NCBI GenBank assembly: GCA_023269235.1
Contig: JAHFTW010000009.1
Span: 11,872 to 75,871 of the forward strand
Reading direction: 5' to 3'
Source of the DNA: Thermoplasmata archaeon
GTDB lineage: Archaea > Thermoplasmatota > E2 > JACPAO01 > JAHFTW01
DNA length: 64,000 nt
How positions within the stretch are numbered: position 1 is the first letter of the stretch; every line of letters begins with the position of its first letter. The notes beneath the pieces were generated by a model, which worked only from the letters and a program-made list of their open reading frames with translations, had not been told where the DNA came from and ran no database searches. The translations under genes and the position numbers were made by a program. This document shows, one piece after another, positions 54,780 to 63,395 of the stretch.

Positions 54780-54859
54780 GCCCTTCACGCCGCAGGTATC
54801 CTTCGGCGCACGCCGTGCGGGCGACGAAGGTCGTGAAGGGCGACAAGTTCCTGTTCTGA
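54753..54859 (+). repeat. second copy of the repeat system: 80-nt unit plus a 27-nt partial, built from paralog 4's own codon tail
   Basis: GTGAAGGGCGACAAGTTCCCGTTCTAG starts at 54753 and GTGAAGGGCGACAAGTTCCTGTTCTGA at 54833. The same hairpin block lies between them (GCCCTTCACGCCGCAGGTATCCTTCGGCGCACGCCGTGCGGGCGACGAAGGTC). Confidence 0.9.
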
Positions 54860-54860
54860 C

Positions 54861-56081
54861 CTATTCGTCCAGCGGCGCCATGACCAGGCCGCTGCGCGGC
54901 TTCGGCACGAAGTAGGTCGCCTTGGGCGGCATGAGGTGGCCGGCGGCCGCGACGTCGAGCACCGCCGCCGGCGACTCGGGTGGTAGAAGGAACGCCGCCT
55001 GCGCGTGGCCGGAGCGGACCTCCTGAAGAGCGCGGGCCACGTCGCGCGTGAAGCGGACGCGCTCGTCGCCGGCCGGAAGCCCGAGCGGGCCAAGCGCGCG
55101 CTCCTGCAGGCGGCTCACGGCGAGCCGGTCGAGCCGCCCGAGGCCGCGCGCCAGCTCGGCGTCGGGGCGCAGCTGGAGCCGCCACGCGCCGGCCTGGGTC
55201 GCGAGGATGACCTCGCGGCCGTCGGAGGCCAAGCCCCGCAGCGCGGCCAACGGGTCCGCAATGGGCTGCGCGTTCCACGCCGGAAGGTCCGCGGGACCGG
55301 GCGCGGACGGGAGACCGTGGACCAGCCGGTGGGTCGCCTCGATGGCAAGACCGGGGTCGTCGTCGCGGACCAGGAGGGTCAGGATGGCGCCCCGGCGCGG
55401 GTCGCCGGCGGCCTCCTCGAGCGCCGTCTGGTACCGGTGGTGGCCGTCCGCGATGACGAGGGTGCGCTCCTCGAACTGCGCCACAAGCTCGCCGACGGCC
55501 TCGCGGCGGTCGACGCGCCAGAGACGATGCTCGTGGCCGTCGTCGTCGGTGAAGCGGACAAGCTCGTCGATGGCGTTGGAGACGGCGACCTCATTGACCC
55601 AGCCGCGCGGGTCGCGGTAGAGCATCCAGATGGGCTCCATGTCGCAACCGGTGGCCTGGCGGAGCCGGAGGCGGTCCTTCTTCGGGCGGCTCAGGGTCGC
55701 CTCGTGCGGCTTGACGCGGCCGCCAGTGGGGTCGAGCGTGATGCGGCCGATGAGGGCGGTGAGCGTGCGGCGCGCCTCGGGAGGGCCGTGCGCAATGGTG
55801 TAGAGGTAGAGCGCCGGGGCGCGGTCGCGCACGAGCGTGCGGTCGGCGACCCAGGAGCGCAGCGTGTCCGCCGCGCGCGCGTGCCAACTTGGGTGGGCGG
55901 GGCCCTCGCCGTCGCCGGGGTTCTCCTGGCCGCGCACGAGGCGGGCGACGTTGTGCGGGTCGCGGGCGAGGAGGGCGTCGCGCTCGGCCAGCGTGAAGCA
56001 GTCGTGCGGCGGCGTCGTGGTCGCGGCGAGGTCGGTGCCGGGGGCGAAGCGAAGGGCGCGGAACGGACGCAGGACATCCAC
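54861..56081 (-). CDS. DUF1015-family protein
   Basis: VLRPFRALRF ... TTPPHDCF ... IADGHHRY fits the DUF1015 pattern. The GTG at 56081 is preferred, 2 nt after the upstream stop. The ORF is open to the ATG at 56144. Confidence 0.7.
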   Translation of the reverse strand: MDVLRPFRALRFAPGTDLAATTTPPHDCFTLAERDALLARDPHNVARLVRGQENPGDGEGPAHPSWHARAADTLRSWVADRTLVRDRAPALYLYTIAHGPPEARRTLTALIGRITLDPTGGRVKPHEATLSRPKKDRLRLRQATGCDMEPIWMLYRDPRGWVNEVAVSNAIDELVRFTDDDGHEHRLWRVDRREAVGELVAQFEERTLVIADGHHRYQTALEEAAGDPRRGAILTLLVRDDDPGLAIEATHRLVHGLPSAPGPADLPAWNAQPIADPLAALRGLASDGREVILATQAGAWRLQLRPDAELARGLGRLDRLAVSRLQERALGPLGLPAGDERVRFTRDVARALQEVRSGHAQAAFLLPPESPAAVLDVAAAGHLMPPKATYFVPKPRSGLVMAPLDE

Positions 56082-56085
56082 GAGG

Positions 56086-56649
56086 TCACCGGAATGCGCC
56101 GTGCTCGTTAAGGGGGCCGCGCACGGTCTTCCACAGGCCCGCAAGGTGCTCCTCGCGGTACCGGTGGTAGCGTTCCGTGTTCATGAACGCCATCTGGGCG
56201 ATGGCGGGGTCGCCTTGCTTCTTGAGGACGCAAGGGCTGCCGACGGCGAGCGCGCCAGGCGGGACCTGGAAGTTGTTGGGCACGAGCGTCAGCGCGCCGA
56301 CGACCGCCTTCGCGCCGATGGTGGCGCCGTTGAGGACGACCGCGTTCATGCCGACGAGGGCGCGCTCGCCGATGGTGGCGCCATGCACGACCGCGCCGTG
56401 GCCGACGGAGGCGTCGGGGCCGATGGAGACCGGGTGGCCCTTCTCGGTGTGGACGGTGCAGTTGTCCTGGATGTTCGACCCCTTGCGGATGATGATGGGC
56501 TCGATGTCGCCGCGCAGCACCGCGTTGGGGCCGATGAAGCACTCCGCCTCGATGGTGACCTGGCCGATCACCACGGCGCCGGGTGCCAGCACGGCGGTGG
56601 GATGGATGGTCGGGCCGATGGGGGATCCGGTGCGGGGCGGCTGGTCCAT
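56086..56649 (-). CDS. gamma-class carbonic anhydrase-like / hexapeptide-repeat (LbH) protein
   Basis: Left-handed beta-helix repeats with the CTVHTEKGHPVSIGPDASVGHGAVVHGATIG pattern of the gamma-CA/PaaY/YrdA family. Confidence 0.8.
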   Translation of the reverse strand: MDQPPRTGSPIGPTIHPTAVLAPGAVVIGQVTIEAECFIGPNAVLRGDIEPIIIRKGSNIQDNCTVHTEKGHPVSIGPDASVGHGAVVHGATIGERALVGMNAVVLNGATIGAKAVVGALTLVPNNFQVPPGALAVGSPCVLKKQGDPAIAQMAFMNTERYHRYREEHLAGLWKTVRGPLNEHGAFR

Positions 56650-56673
56650 GCGGGGCCCACGGCGTGGCCGACT

Positions 56674-57642
56674 TCAGCCTTGCCGGACGGGCGCCACAGC
56701 GGCGGCACGGGGCGGCGCCCCTTTGCGGACGTCGAACTTGTGGTTCTGCGTGCAGACCACCTGGCCGGCGGAGCGCGGCGCCACGCGGTGGCCGCACGTC
56801 GGGCAGGCGGCGCTGCGGAAGAACCGATCGAGCCAGGCCTGGAAAACGGCGGGCTCGTCGTGGTTCTGCACCATGTGGTCCCACACCGCCTTCGTCTTCG
56901 GGTCGCGGGCGAACGGGGCGAGCGCATCGAGGTCCACGGGGACGGGACCCTTCATGCGCTTCGGGTGGATCAGGGCGAGGCCGAGGACGATGCCGGCGGC
57001 CGCGCCGCCGAGGTGCGCGTAGTACGCGGTGCCGCCAAGCCCCGGGACATCGCGGTTGACGTAGAGGTACAGGACCTGGAACGCGATGTACGCGACGGCA
57101 CCGAGGACGACCCTCATGGGGAAGACGAAGAACAGGAGCGGCACCGCGACGACCTGGTTCGGGTAGCGGATAGCGAAGGCGCCCAGGATGGCGAAGATGC
57201 AGCCGGAGGCGCCCATGAGGAGCGTGGGGTGGCCCCAGTCAGCGCCGACCTGGACCAGGGTCGCGACGAGGCCGCCGAGAAGGTAGATGGCGACGAAGCG
57301 GGGCCCGCCCACGCGCTGCTCGAACGGGAGGCCGAAGGCGACGAGGACGAGCATGTTGCCGAGGAGATGGAAGCCGTCGAAGTGCACGAACATGTTCGTG
57401 AACAGCTGCAGGAAACCGCCCGGCTGGAGCGCCGCGAGGTTGCTGGTGAAGAGACCGAGTTCGGCCTGGATGACGGGGAGCGCGCCGGGGCCGCTGCCCT
57501 GCGTGGGGCCGAAGGCGGTGAGCGCGAAGACGCCCAGGTTGGCGAGGATGAGGGCCCCCGAGGCGAGCACGCGCTTGCTCAGGCCGGCCACGACGGCCCC
57601 CAGCATCAGGGCGATGGCGACGAGGGAGACAGCGCTTAGCAC
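56674..57642 (-). CDS. rhomboid-family intramembrane serine protease with a C-terminal Cys/His (zinc-ribbon-like) tail
   Basis: HFDGFHLLGNM, catalytic GASGCIF and AHLGGAAAG, tail CPTCGHRV...VCTQNH. The GTG at 57642 overlaps the upstream stop by 7 nt. An alternative ATG lies at 57606. Confidence 0.8.
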   Translation of the reverse strand: MLSAVSLVAIALMLGAVVAGLSKRVLASGALILANLGVFALTAFGPTQGSGPGALPVIQAELGLFTSNLAALQPGGFLQLFTNMFVHFDGFHLLGNMLVLVAFGLPFEQRVGGPRFVAIYLLGGLVATLVQVGADWGHPTLLMGASGCIFAILGAFAIRYPNQVVAVPLLFFVFPMRVVLGAVAYIAFQVLYLYVNRDVPGLGGTAYYAHLGGAAAGIVLGLALIHPKRMKGPVPVDLDALAPFARDPKTKAVWDHMVQNHDEPAVFQAWLDRFFRSAACPTCGHRVAPRSAGQVVCTQNHKFDVRKGAPPRAAAVAPVRQG

Positions 57643-59435
57643 CGGCGACCGACCGCAACGACGAGAAGGAGGACCAAAAGCGTTGGGACAGGGGCCGCCG
57701 GGATTCCGTGCAGGTCCCGGCCCACGACGCCAGCGTCCGGCGGGGCCCCGCGACCCTCCCAGTCGCCGTCGAAGAGGCCGCGGAAGAACGCCGCCGCGCC
57801 CGGGCCCTGAAGGACGAGGTCCACCTCGCGGTTCGCACTCCGGCTGTGGTGGTTGCCGTTCATGGAGCCGAGCACGACCCTGTCGTCCACCAGAAGCCCC
57901 TTGTTGTGCAGCGTCGCGATGCCGGCGCGGTCGAGCACCGAGGTCGCCGCTCCCGCCGCGGCGAGCTCGTCCAAGGCGGGTTGGTTTCCCGCGTCGCCGG
58001 ACGCGAAGGGCGCGGCCGCCTGGACACGCACGGTGACGCCGCGCCGTGCTGAGGCCTCCAGGCTGGAGAGGAACGGGTCGGGGCCGGACCAGCCGATGCC
58101 GTTCTTGGCGCCGGTGGCGAGGTCGAGCTGCTGCGCCTCGACGCGCGTGGTGGCCGACGTGACGAGGGCGGCGAGCGGGTCGGCGCGCGGGTCTTGCGTG
58201 TGGTCGGGGGCCACCAGCGGCGTGACCGTTAACGGACCTTGGAGGGTCACGGCAGGGACCCTGGGGCCATACGCTCCCGTGCGGGGCGCCGCGGGACGGT
58301 CCCAACCAGAATAGAGTGGGTCGTAGCGAGTGAGGTTGAACGGCTGGACGTCCCACGATGCGCGGTCGGCCGCCATCCAGGACGCAAACCAGCCGGCCGC
58401 CTCGGCGCCGGGGACGACGGCGCCCCATCCTCTGTTGCCGGTGCTCGGGTCCTCCGGGACGCCGGAGTCCACCCAGTTCTCCGACTGGACCGCGACGGCT
58501 TCGTCGGCGACGAGGACCTTGAGGTGCCAGTCGTCGTAGCGTCCGTTTCCGGCAAGCCAGGCGTGGCCTCCCAGGGCCGTGATGCGGCGCAGGGCGTCGG
58601 CGGTGGCGTGCCGTTCCGAGGCGCTCTGGCCGACGGGGTCGGCGTCCACGAGCACTTGGAGGTCGAGGGCGGGATGCGCCGTCTTGGCGGCGACGAGGGC
58701 GTCCACCAGGGCGGCGGAGCGCAGTTCGTACACGTGGAGATGAAGGCGCTGCGACGACCCGGCGACGAGAGCCGTCAGCACGCCGAAGCTGCTGTCCGGG
58801 CTGGAGTACAGAGTGAGGCTGGGAACCGTGAAGGTAGGCCGGTCGAGGCTGGACTCCCCGATGCGGTGCTCGCGCGGCGTGGCCCAGTCCGCGGCGCGGT
58901 CGGTGTCCACCCAGGCACCGCCGACGCGGTCGCGTAGGTAGACAAGCCCCGGCGAGGTCTTGGCGATGGCGCCGGACATCCCGGCAACCGTCTTGTCGCC
59001 CCAGGCGAAGGCGTCCACGGCGTGGCCGGTCGGGTCGCGCAGCTCGATTCCGTCGCCGCCGTTGGCAAGAATCAAGTCGCCCGAGAGGCGCCCGGACGCG
59101 AGGCCGATCGCAGGTTGGAATCCTTTGAAGGAGGCCCAGGTGGCGAGATCGCCTGCAACCCAGAGCGTCGCCCCCGCGTCCAGGCGGGTCCCGTTCGGGA
59201 ACGCCCAGGTCCCTTCGCCGTCGCTGAGGGTCCATCCCGTGAGGTCGCATGCCTCAGGACAGCCGACCGCGAACCCTTCGTCGCCCGGCAGGGAGCCGGG
59301 GAGGTCCGGGACCGCGCCGACCAGGAGCGGATGCGCGGCCACCGTCGGCAACAGGAGCAGGGCCAGGAGCCAGCGCACGACCCGAGGAAGGCGCCCCGGC
59401 TGATGAGCGTGGAGGACGGCGAAGTGAAACCGCAC
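57636..59435 (-). CDS. secreted phospholipase-D-superfamily (two HKD motifs) protein with an N-terminal lamin-tail-like domain and a C-terminal TM anchor
   Basis: HKD 1 WHLKVLVADE...SEN and HKD 2 LHNKGLLVDD...GSMN. N-terminal LTD-like GWTLSDGEGTWAFPNGTRLDAGATLWV. C-terminus IPAAPVPTLLVLLLVVAVGRRC. Confidence 0.75.
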   Translation of the reverse strand: MRFHFAVLHAHQPGRLPRVVRWLLALLLLPTVAAHPLLVGAVPDLPGSLPGDEGFAVGCPEACDLTGWTLSDGEGTWAFPNGTRLDAGATLWVAGDLATWASFKGFQPAIGLASGRLSGDLILANGGDGIELRDPTGHAVDAFAWGDKTVAGMSGAIAKTSPGLVYLRDRVGGAWVDTDRAADWATPREHRIGESSLDRPTFTVPSLTLYSSPDSSFGVLTALVAGSSQRLHLHVYELRSAALVDALVAAKTAHPALDLQVLVDADPVGQSASERHATADALRRITALGGHAWLAGNGRYDDWHLKVLVADEAVAVQSENWVDSGVPEDPSTGNRGWGAVVPGAEAAGWFASWMAADRASWDVQPFNLTRYDPLYSGWDRPAAPRTGAYGPRVPAVTLQGPLTVTPLVAPDHTQDPRADPLAALVTSATTRVEAQQLDLATGAKNGIGWSGPDPFLSSLEASARRGVTVRVQAAAPFASGDAGNQPALDELAAAGAATSVLDRAGIATLHNKGLLVDDRVVLGSMNGNHHSRSANREVDLVLQGPGAAAFFRGLFDGDWEGRGAPPDAGVVGRDLHGIPAAPVPTLLVLLLVVAVGRRC

Positions 59436-59517
59436 AGGCGTTGGCCTGTCCGATGCTTTCGAAGCCTGCGTCGCGGCCCCAAACGCTCATGGCCGCGCGA
59501 CAACTGGCCCGGGATAG

Positions 59518-59592
59518 GCGCCTGTACTCTAGCTTGGATAAGGGACGGCCCTCCTAAGGCCGATGTCGTGCGTTCGAATCGCACCAGGCGCG
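59518..59592 (+). tRNA. tRNA-Arg (anticodon CCU)
   Basis: Cloverleaf folded by hand. Acceptor GCGCCTG/CAGGCGC. D arm CTCT-AGCTTGGATA-AGGG. Anticodon arm CGGCC-CTCCTAA-GGCCG. Variable loop ATGTC. T arm GTGCG-TTCGAAT-CGCAC. Discriminator G. No encoded CCA and no intron. Confidence 0.9.
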
Positions 59593-59633
59593 CTTCCATT
59601 CCTTTCAAGTCCCCCGGCCCCCTGGGAGCCTCC

Positions 59634-59834
59634 ATGCCTGGGCCGTTCGAGGGAGCCAACAAGCTCTACGAGGATTCCCTCAAGCTCACGGTCAACAAGA
59701 ACATCGAGGACGTCCGCGTGCTCCTGCAGTGGGCGCAGGAGGCGTCGGCGGTGCGTGAGAAGATCGCGCACGCCCAGCAGGCGCTCACCTATTTGTCCGA
59801 GGTCGTGGCGACCTTGGGCGAGATGGAGTCCTAG
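59634..59834 (+). CDS. hypothetical small helical protein (66 aa)
   Basis: MPGPFEGANKLYEDSLKLTVNKNIEDVRVLLQWAQEAS...LSEVVATLGEMES. Only the terminal part of a long GC-artefact ORF is called. Confidence 0.4.
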   Translation: MPGPFEGANKLYEDSLKLTVNKNIEDVRVLLQWAQEASAVREKIAHAQQALTYLSEVVATLGEMES

Positions 59835-59902
59835 GCCGCCCACCGCAGCTTCGCTGGACCGGGCTACCCGTCAGGGCGCCTGAATGATGACCGGTGTCCG
59901 TC

Positions 59903-61078
59903 CTACTTGACGACCGCGTCGAAGCCCGGGTTCGGGTGCGCGGCGGCGAGGTAGAGCAGGTGCGCGGCGAGGTCGCCGGCGGCCTGGAAGCCCGCCTCGG
60001 TGTGGGGGTGGGGCAGCGCGTCCGCGGGGGGGTCGCCGGCCATGAAGCGCATGGTCTCGATGGTGTCCTCGAGGTGCCAGAAGGGGTACACGCCGGCGGG
60101 CGCCGGGGTGTGGACGTCCACGGGGACGGTCGTGGAGGGGGCGACCTCCTCGAAGGCGCTGATGAGGAAGATGGTCGGGATGGGGCCGCCGTCCTCGGGC
60201 GTGACCTCCCAGAAGCGCGCGTAGTCGCTGGACCCGAGCTGGAGGCTGTTCTTGCGGACGATCTGCCCGTTGGGGAAGCCCATCGCGTTGGTCTTCGCGA
60301 CGGTCTCCTTGTAGAGCGCCTCGGAGTTCGTCATGACGTTGATGGGGTTCCAGGTGCCGGGCCAGTTGATGCCGACCATGTCGAGGTCCACGTCGGTGAC
60401 GACCTTGATGGCGCCGAACGGCTGCGTCAGGTTCTCGCCCTGGGCGGGTCCGCGCACGAACTCCTGCACGAAGGCGGCGGCGCCCTGGGTGCCGCGCTCC
60501 TCGCCGTCGTAGGCGACGAAGGCCATCGTGTAGTAGGTGGTGACGTTGGCGAACGCCTTGCCGAGGTGGACGCTCAGCATGGTGCCGGAGCCGTCGTCGT
60601 AGGCGCCCTGGCTCAGCGTGCGCAGGGCGCAGGGGTTGGGCTGGTTGGCGACGGGGACGGTGCCGACGAGGCAGTCGTCCGTGATGGTGTCGTAGTGGCC
60701 GCCCACGACGACCCACTGGTCGCGCACGGCGCCCCACTTGATGCCGATGATGTTGGCCTGGACGAGGCCGCCGGTGGTGAAGTTCTGGCGGTAGGTCGTG
60801 AGGCCGTAGGACTCGAAGCGGGCCATCAGGTCGGCGCGGGCCGCTTCGTGGGTGGGCTTGTTGGCGGCGCGCTCGTTGTCCTTGCGCACGAAGGCGGCGT
60901 GGTCCTCGAGGAACGCCTTCACGTCGAAGGCGGGGGCCTTGGAGCCGGCCGGGACGGCGTCGGAGCCGCCGGGGCCCGTGGATCCGGTCGTGGAGGTCGA
61001 GGCAGGGGCCATGCAGCCGGCCAGGAAGAGGCCTGCCAGCGCGAGGGCCAGGGTTGTGCGCATCAGGACGCGTCCCAC
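59903..61078 (-). CDS. M28-family aminopeptidase lipoprotein (tandem copy 3)
   Basis: Lipobox LAGC. GGHYD, YDDGSG, YDGEERGTQGA, DLDMVG, FWHLEDT. Confidence 0.85.
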   Translation of the reverse strand: MGRVLMRTTLALALAGLFLAGCMAPASTSTTGSTGPGGSDAVPAGSKAPAFDVKAFLEDHAAFVRKDNERAANKPTHEAARADLMARFESYGLTTYRQNFTTGGLVQANIIGIKWGAVRDQWVVVGGHYDTITDDCLVGTVPVANQPNPCALRTLSQGAYDDGSGTMLSVHLGKAFANVTTYYTMAFVAYDGEERGTQGAAAFVQEFVRGPAQGENLTQPFGAIKVVTDVDLDMVGINWPGTWNPINVMTNSEALYKETVAKTNAMGFPNGQIVRKNSLQLGSSDYARFWEVTPEDGGPIPTIFLISAFEEVAPSTTVPVDVHTPAPAGVYPFWHLEDTIETMRFMAGDPPADALPHPHTEAGFQAAGDLAAHLLYLAAAHPNPGFDAVVK

Positions 61079-61133
61079 CGGGGGACGTTCTTCAGGGTTG
61101 TGGTGGCTGGGCTCGGCCGCGACCGCAGGGGGT

Positions 61134-62201
61134 CTAGCAGGCGCCGGTCGGGTTGGGGGCGCTGCTGGGGGCCGCGTGGACGTCGAGCGTCAGCGTCGGC
61201 GTGTCGGCGAGCGCGTGCAACTCGGCGGCGGCAAGCGTCGTCGCGGTGGTGAAACCCTGCAGCAGCTGGGGTGCGCCGCCGGCCATGGCCTGCATGGTGT
61301 CGTAGGTGTCCACCTGGTGCCAGAACGGGTACGCGAAGAACGGCAGGGGGGCCGGGGACATCGGGGGCGCGACCTTGCCGAAGTCGCTCGAGAAGAACAC
61401 GGTGGGGACCTTGGCCTTGAAGTATTCCGCGAAGTCGCTCGAGCCAAGGGTGGCGATGTCGGAGCAGTACGCCATGCTGTCAGGCATGCCGATGCTCTTG
61501 CGCGTGTCGTCGAACACCTTGTGCAGGGCGTCGGAGTTGTCGAGGATCTGGGTGGGGGCGTTCGTGCCGGGCCAGGTGATGCCGAACATGTCGATGTCGA
61601 GGGCGCCGTGCAGGGTGATGTTGCCGAGCGGGTTGTCGCCCTCGGTGACGGAGCGGACGAACTCCTGCGCGCCCTGCGTGCCCTTCTCCTCGCCGTCGTA
61701 CGTGATGAAGGCGATGGTGTAGTAGGGCGTGACGTTGGCCCAGGCCTTTGCGAGGTGGACCGTCATCATCGTGCCGGAGCCGTCGTCGTAGGCGCCCTGG
61801 CTCTGGTCCTGCCCTGCGTTGGTCGTGGTGTCGTAGTGGCCGCCGACGGCGACGACCTGGTCGCGCACGACGCCCCACTTCACGCCGATGATGTTGGCCT
61901 GCTGGGTGTTGCTGGCCGTGAAGTTCTGGCGGTAGACATCGAGGCCGTAGGAAGCGAAGGTGCTGCTGATCCAGGCGCGAGAGCCCTCATGGGTCGGGGC
62001 GTTGTCCTTGCGGACGGGGTAGGCCGCGGCGAAAGACTTCAGGTCGGCGAGCAAGGCCGCGGTGTCCACCTTGGGCTGCATGGGCGAGTGGTAGTCCGCG
62101 GGCTCGGGCGTCGAGGAGCCGGTCGTGGTGCCGGTCTGAGACTGGACGCAGCCGGCGAGGGCGGCGACCGCGAGGAGGCCCAGGAGGGCGAAGGCGCGCA
62201 T
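61134..62201 (-). CDS. M28-family aminopeptidase lipoprotein (tandem copy 2)
   Basis: Lipobox LAGC. GGHYD, YDDGSG, YDGEEKGTQGA, DIDMFG, FWHQVDT. Confidence 0.85.
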   Translation of the reverse strand: MRAFALLGLLAVAALAGCVQSQTGTTTGSSTPEPADYHSPMQPKVDTAALLADLKSFAAAYPVRKDNAPTHEGSRAWISSTFASYGLDVYRQNFTASNTQQANIIGVKWGVVRDQVVAVGGHYDTTTNAGQDQSQGAYDDGSGTMMTVHLAKAWANVTPYYTIAFITYDGEEKGTQGAQEFVRSVTEGDNPLGNITLHGALDIDMFGITWPGTNAPTQILDNSDALHKVFDDTRKSIGMPDSMAYCSDIATLGSSDFAEYFKAKVPTVFFSSDFGKVAPPMSPAPLPFFAYPFWHQVDTYDTMQAMAGGAPQLLQGFTTATTLAAAELHALADTPTLTLDVHAAPSSAPNPTGAC

Positions 62202-62261
62202 GGGAACCGAGCGACCCGGGCGGCCACTTCAGCGTTGTGGCGGCCCCTGGCCCCACCCGGC

Positions 62262-63395
62262 CTACTTGACGACGGCGTCGAGCGTCACGTTGGGCTGGTA
62301 GGCCAGGAAGTGGACGACGTGCGCCGCGAGGTCGGAGGCGGCCTGGAAGCCGTCGTGCAGGTTCTGCGCGCCGCCCGCCATCGCCTGCATCGTCGCCAGG
62401 GTGTCCTCGCGGTGCCAGAACGGGTAGAGGCCGGCGGGCAGGGTCGGGGTGTGGCCGCCCTCGGGGATGGGCGACGGGGCGCCGAGCTCCTCGAAGTCGC
62501 TGATGAAGAAAACGGTCGGAATCGGCTGCGGGACGTCCACGTGCCAGAAGGCGGCGTAGTCGCTGGAGCCGGCCTGCAGGCCGTCCTTGGGGAGGATCTG
62601 GCCGTCGGGGAAGCCGATCTCCTTGGCGGCGGCGAGGACGAGCTCCTTGGCCTTCTCGCTGTTGGTGAGAAGGTTGATGGGGGCCATCGTCCCGGGCCAG
62701 TTGATGCCGATCATGTCGAGGTCCAGGTCGCCGACGATGGTGATGTCATTGCTGCCGGCGACGGTGAGGTTGCCCTCGGTGACGGCCTGGACGATGGCGC
62801 GAGCGCCCTGGATGCCCAGCTCCTCGCCGTCGTACGCGGTGAAGGCGAGGGTGTAGTAGGGCTGGAGCTTGGAGAAGATCTCCGCGAGGTGGACCGTCAT
62901 CATGGTGCCGGAGCCGTCGTCGTAGGCGCCCTGCGTCTGGATGGCGCAGCCGTCGCCAACGGGGGCGGGGCAGGCGGGGCTGTTGACGATGTCGTAGTGG
63001 CCGCCGACGAAGACCCACTTCGTGCGGTCCACGCCCCACTTGATGCCGAGGATGTCGGCCTGGTTGGCGAGGCTGGTGGTGGTGAAGTTGAAGCGGTACG
63101 TCTCGAGGCCGTAGGACTTGAACATCCCAAGAAGCGCCTGGCGCGCGCCTTCGTGGTCGGCCGTGTTGGCCTTGCGGTTCGGGTGCGCGGTGACGAAGGC
63201 GGCGTGGTCGGCGAGCAGCTTCGTCGCGTCGGCCTTCGGGACGGCGGGGACGACGAAGGCGGCGGGGTCGGGGGCGCCGAACGTGGCGGCCGGCGGCGTG
63301 CTGGACTGGACGCATCCCGCAAGCAGGGGCAGGACCGAGAGGACGACGAGGGCGAGGCCGACACGCATCGCCCGCTCCGACCCGGGGCGGGGCAT
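62262..63395 (-). CDS. M28-family aminopeptidase lipoprotein (tandem copy 1)
   Basis: Lipobox LAGC. GGHYD, YDDGSG, YDGEELGIQGA, DLDMIG, FWHREDT. The ATG at 63395 shares one base with the TraB-family stop. An alternative ATG lies at 63368. Confidence 0.85.
   Translation of the reverse strand: MPRPGSERAMRVGLALVVLSVLPLLAGCVQSSTPPAATFGAPDPAAFVVPAVPKADATKLLADHAAFVTAHPNRKANTADHEGARQALLGMFKSYGLETYRFNFTTTSLANQADILGIKWGVDRTKWVFVGGHYDIVNSPACPAPVGDGCAIQTQGAYDDGSGTMMTVHLAEIFSKLQPYYTLAFTAYDGEELGIQGARAIVQAVTEGNLTVAGSNDITIVGDLDLDMIGINWPGTMAPINLLTNSEKAKELVLAAAKEIGFPDGQILPKDGLQAGSSDYAAFWHVDVPQPIPTVFFISDFEELGAPSPIPEGGHTPTLPAGLYPFWHREDTLATMQAMAGGAQNLHDGFQAASDLAAHVVHFLAYQPNVTLDAVVK

Noticed and set aside
53452-54859. 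Integron-like attC sites or gene cassettes
   Set aside because: The hairpin blocks superficially recall attC. However, each paralog has its own promoter, no integrase is present, and the repeats include the coding tail. Local duplication fits better.
59518-59633. tRNA-Arg as an integration hotspot (att site or island boundary)
   Set aside because: No direct repeat of the tRNA 3' half, no integrase and no compositional shift is visible on either side.
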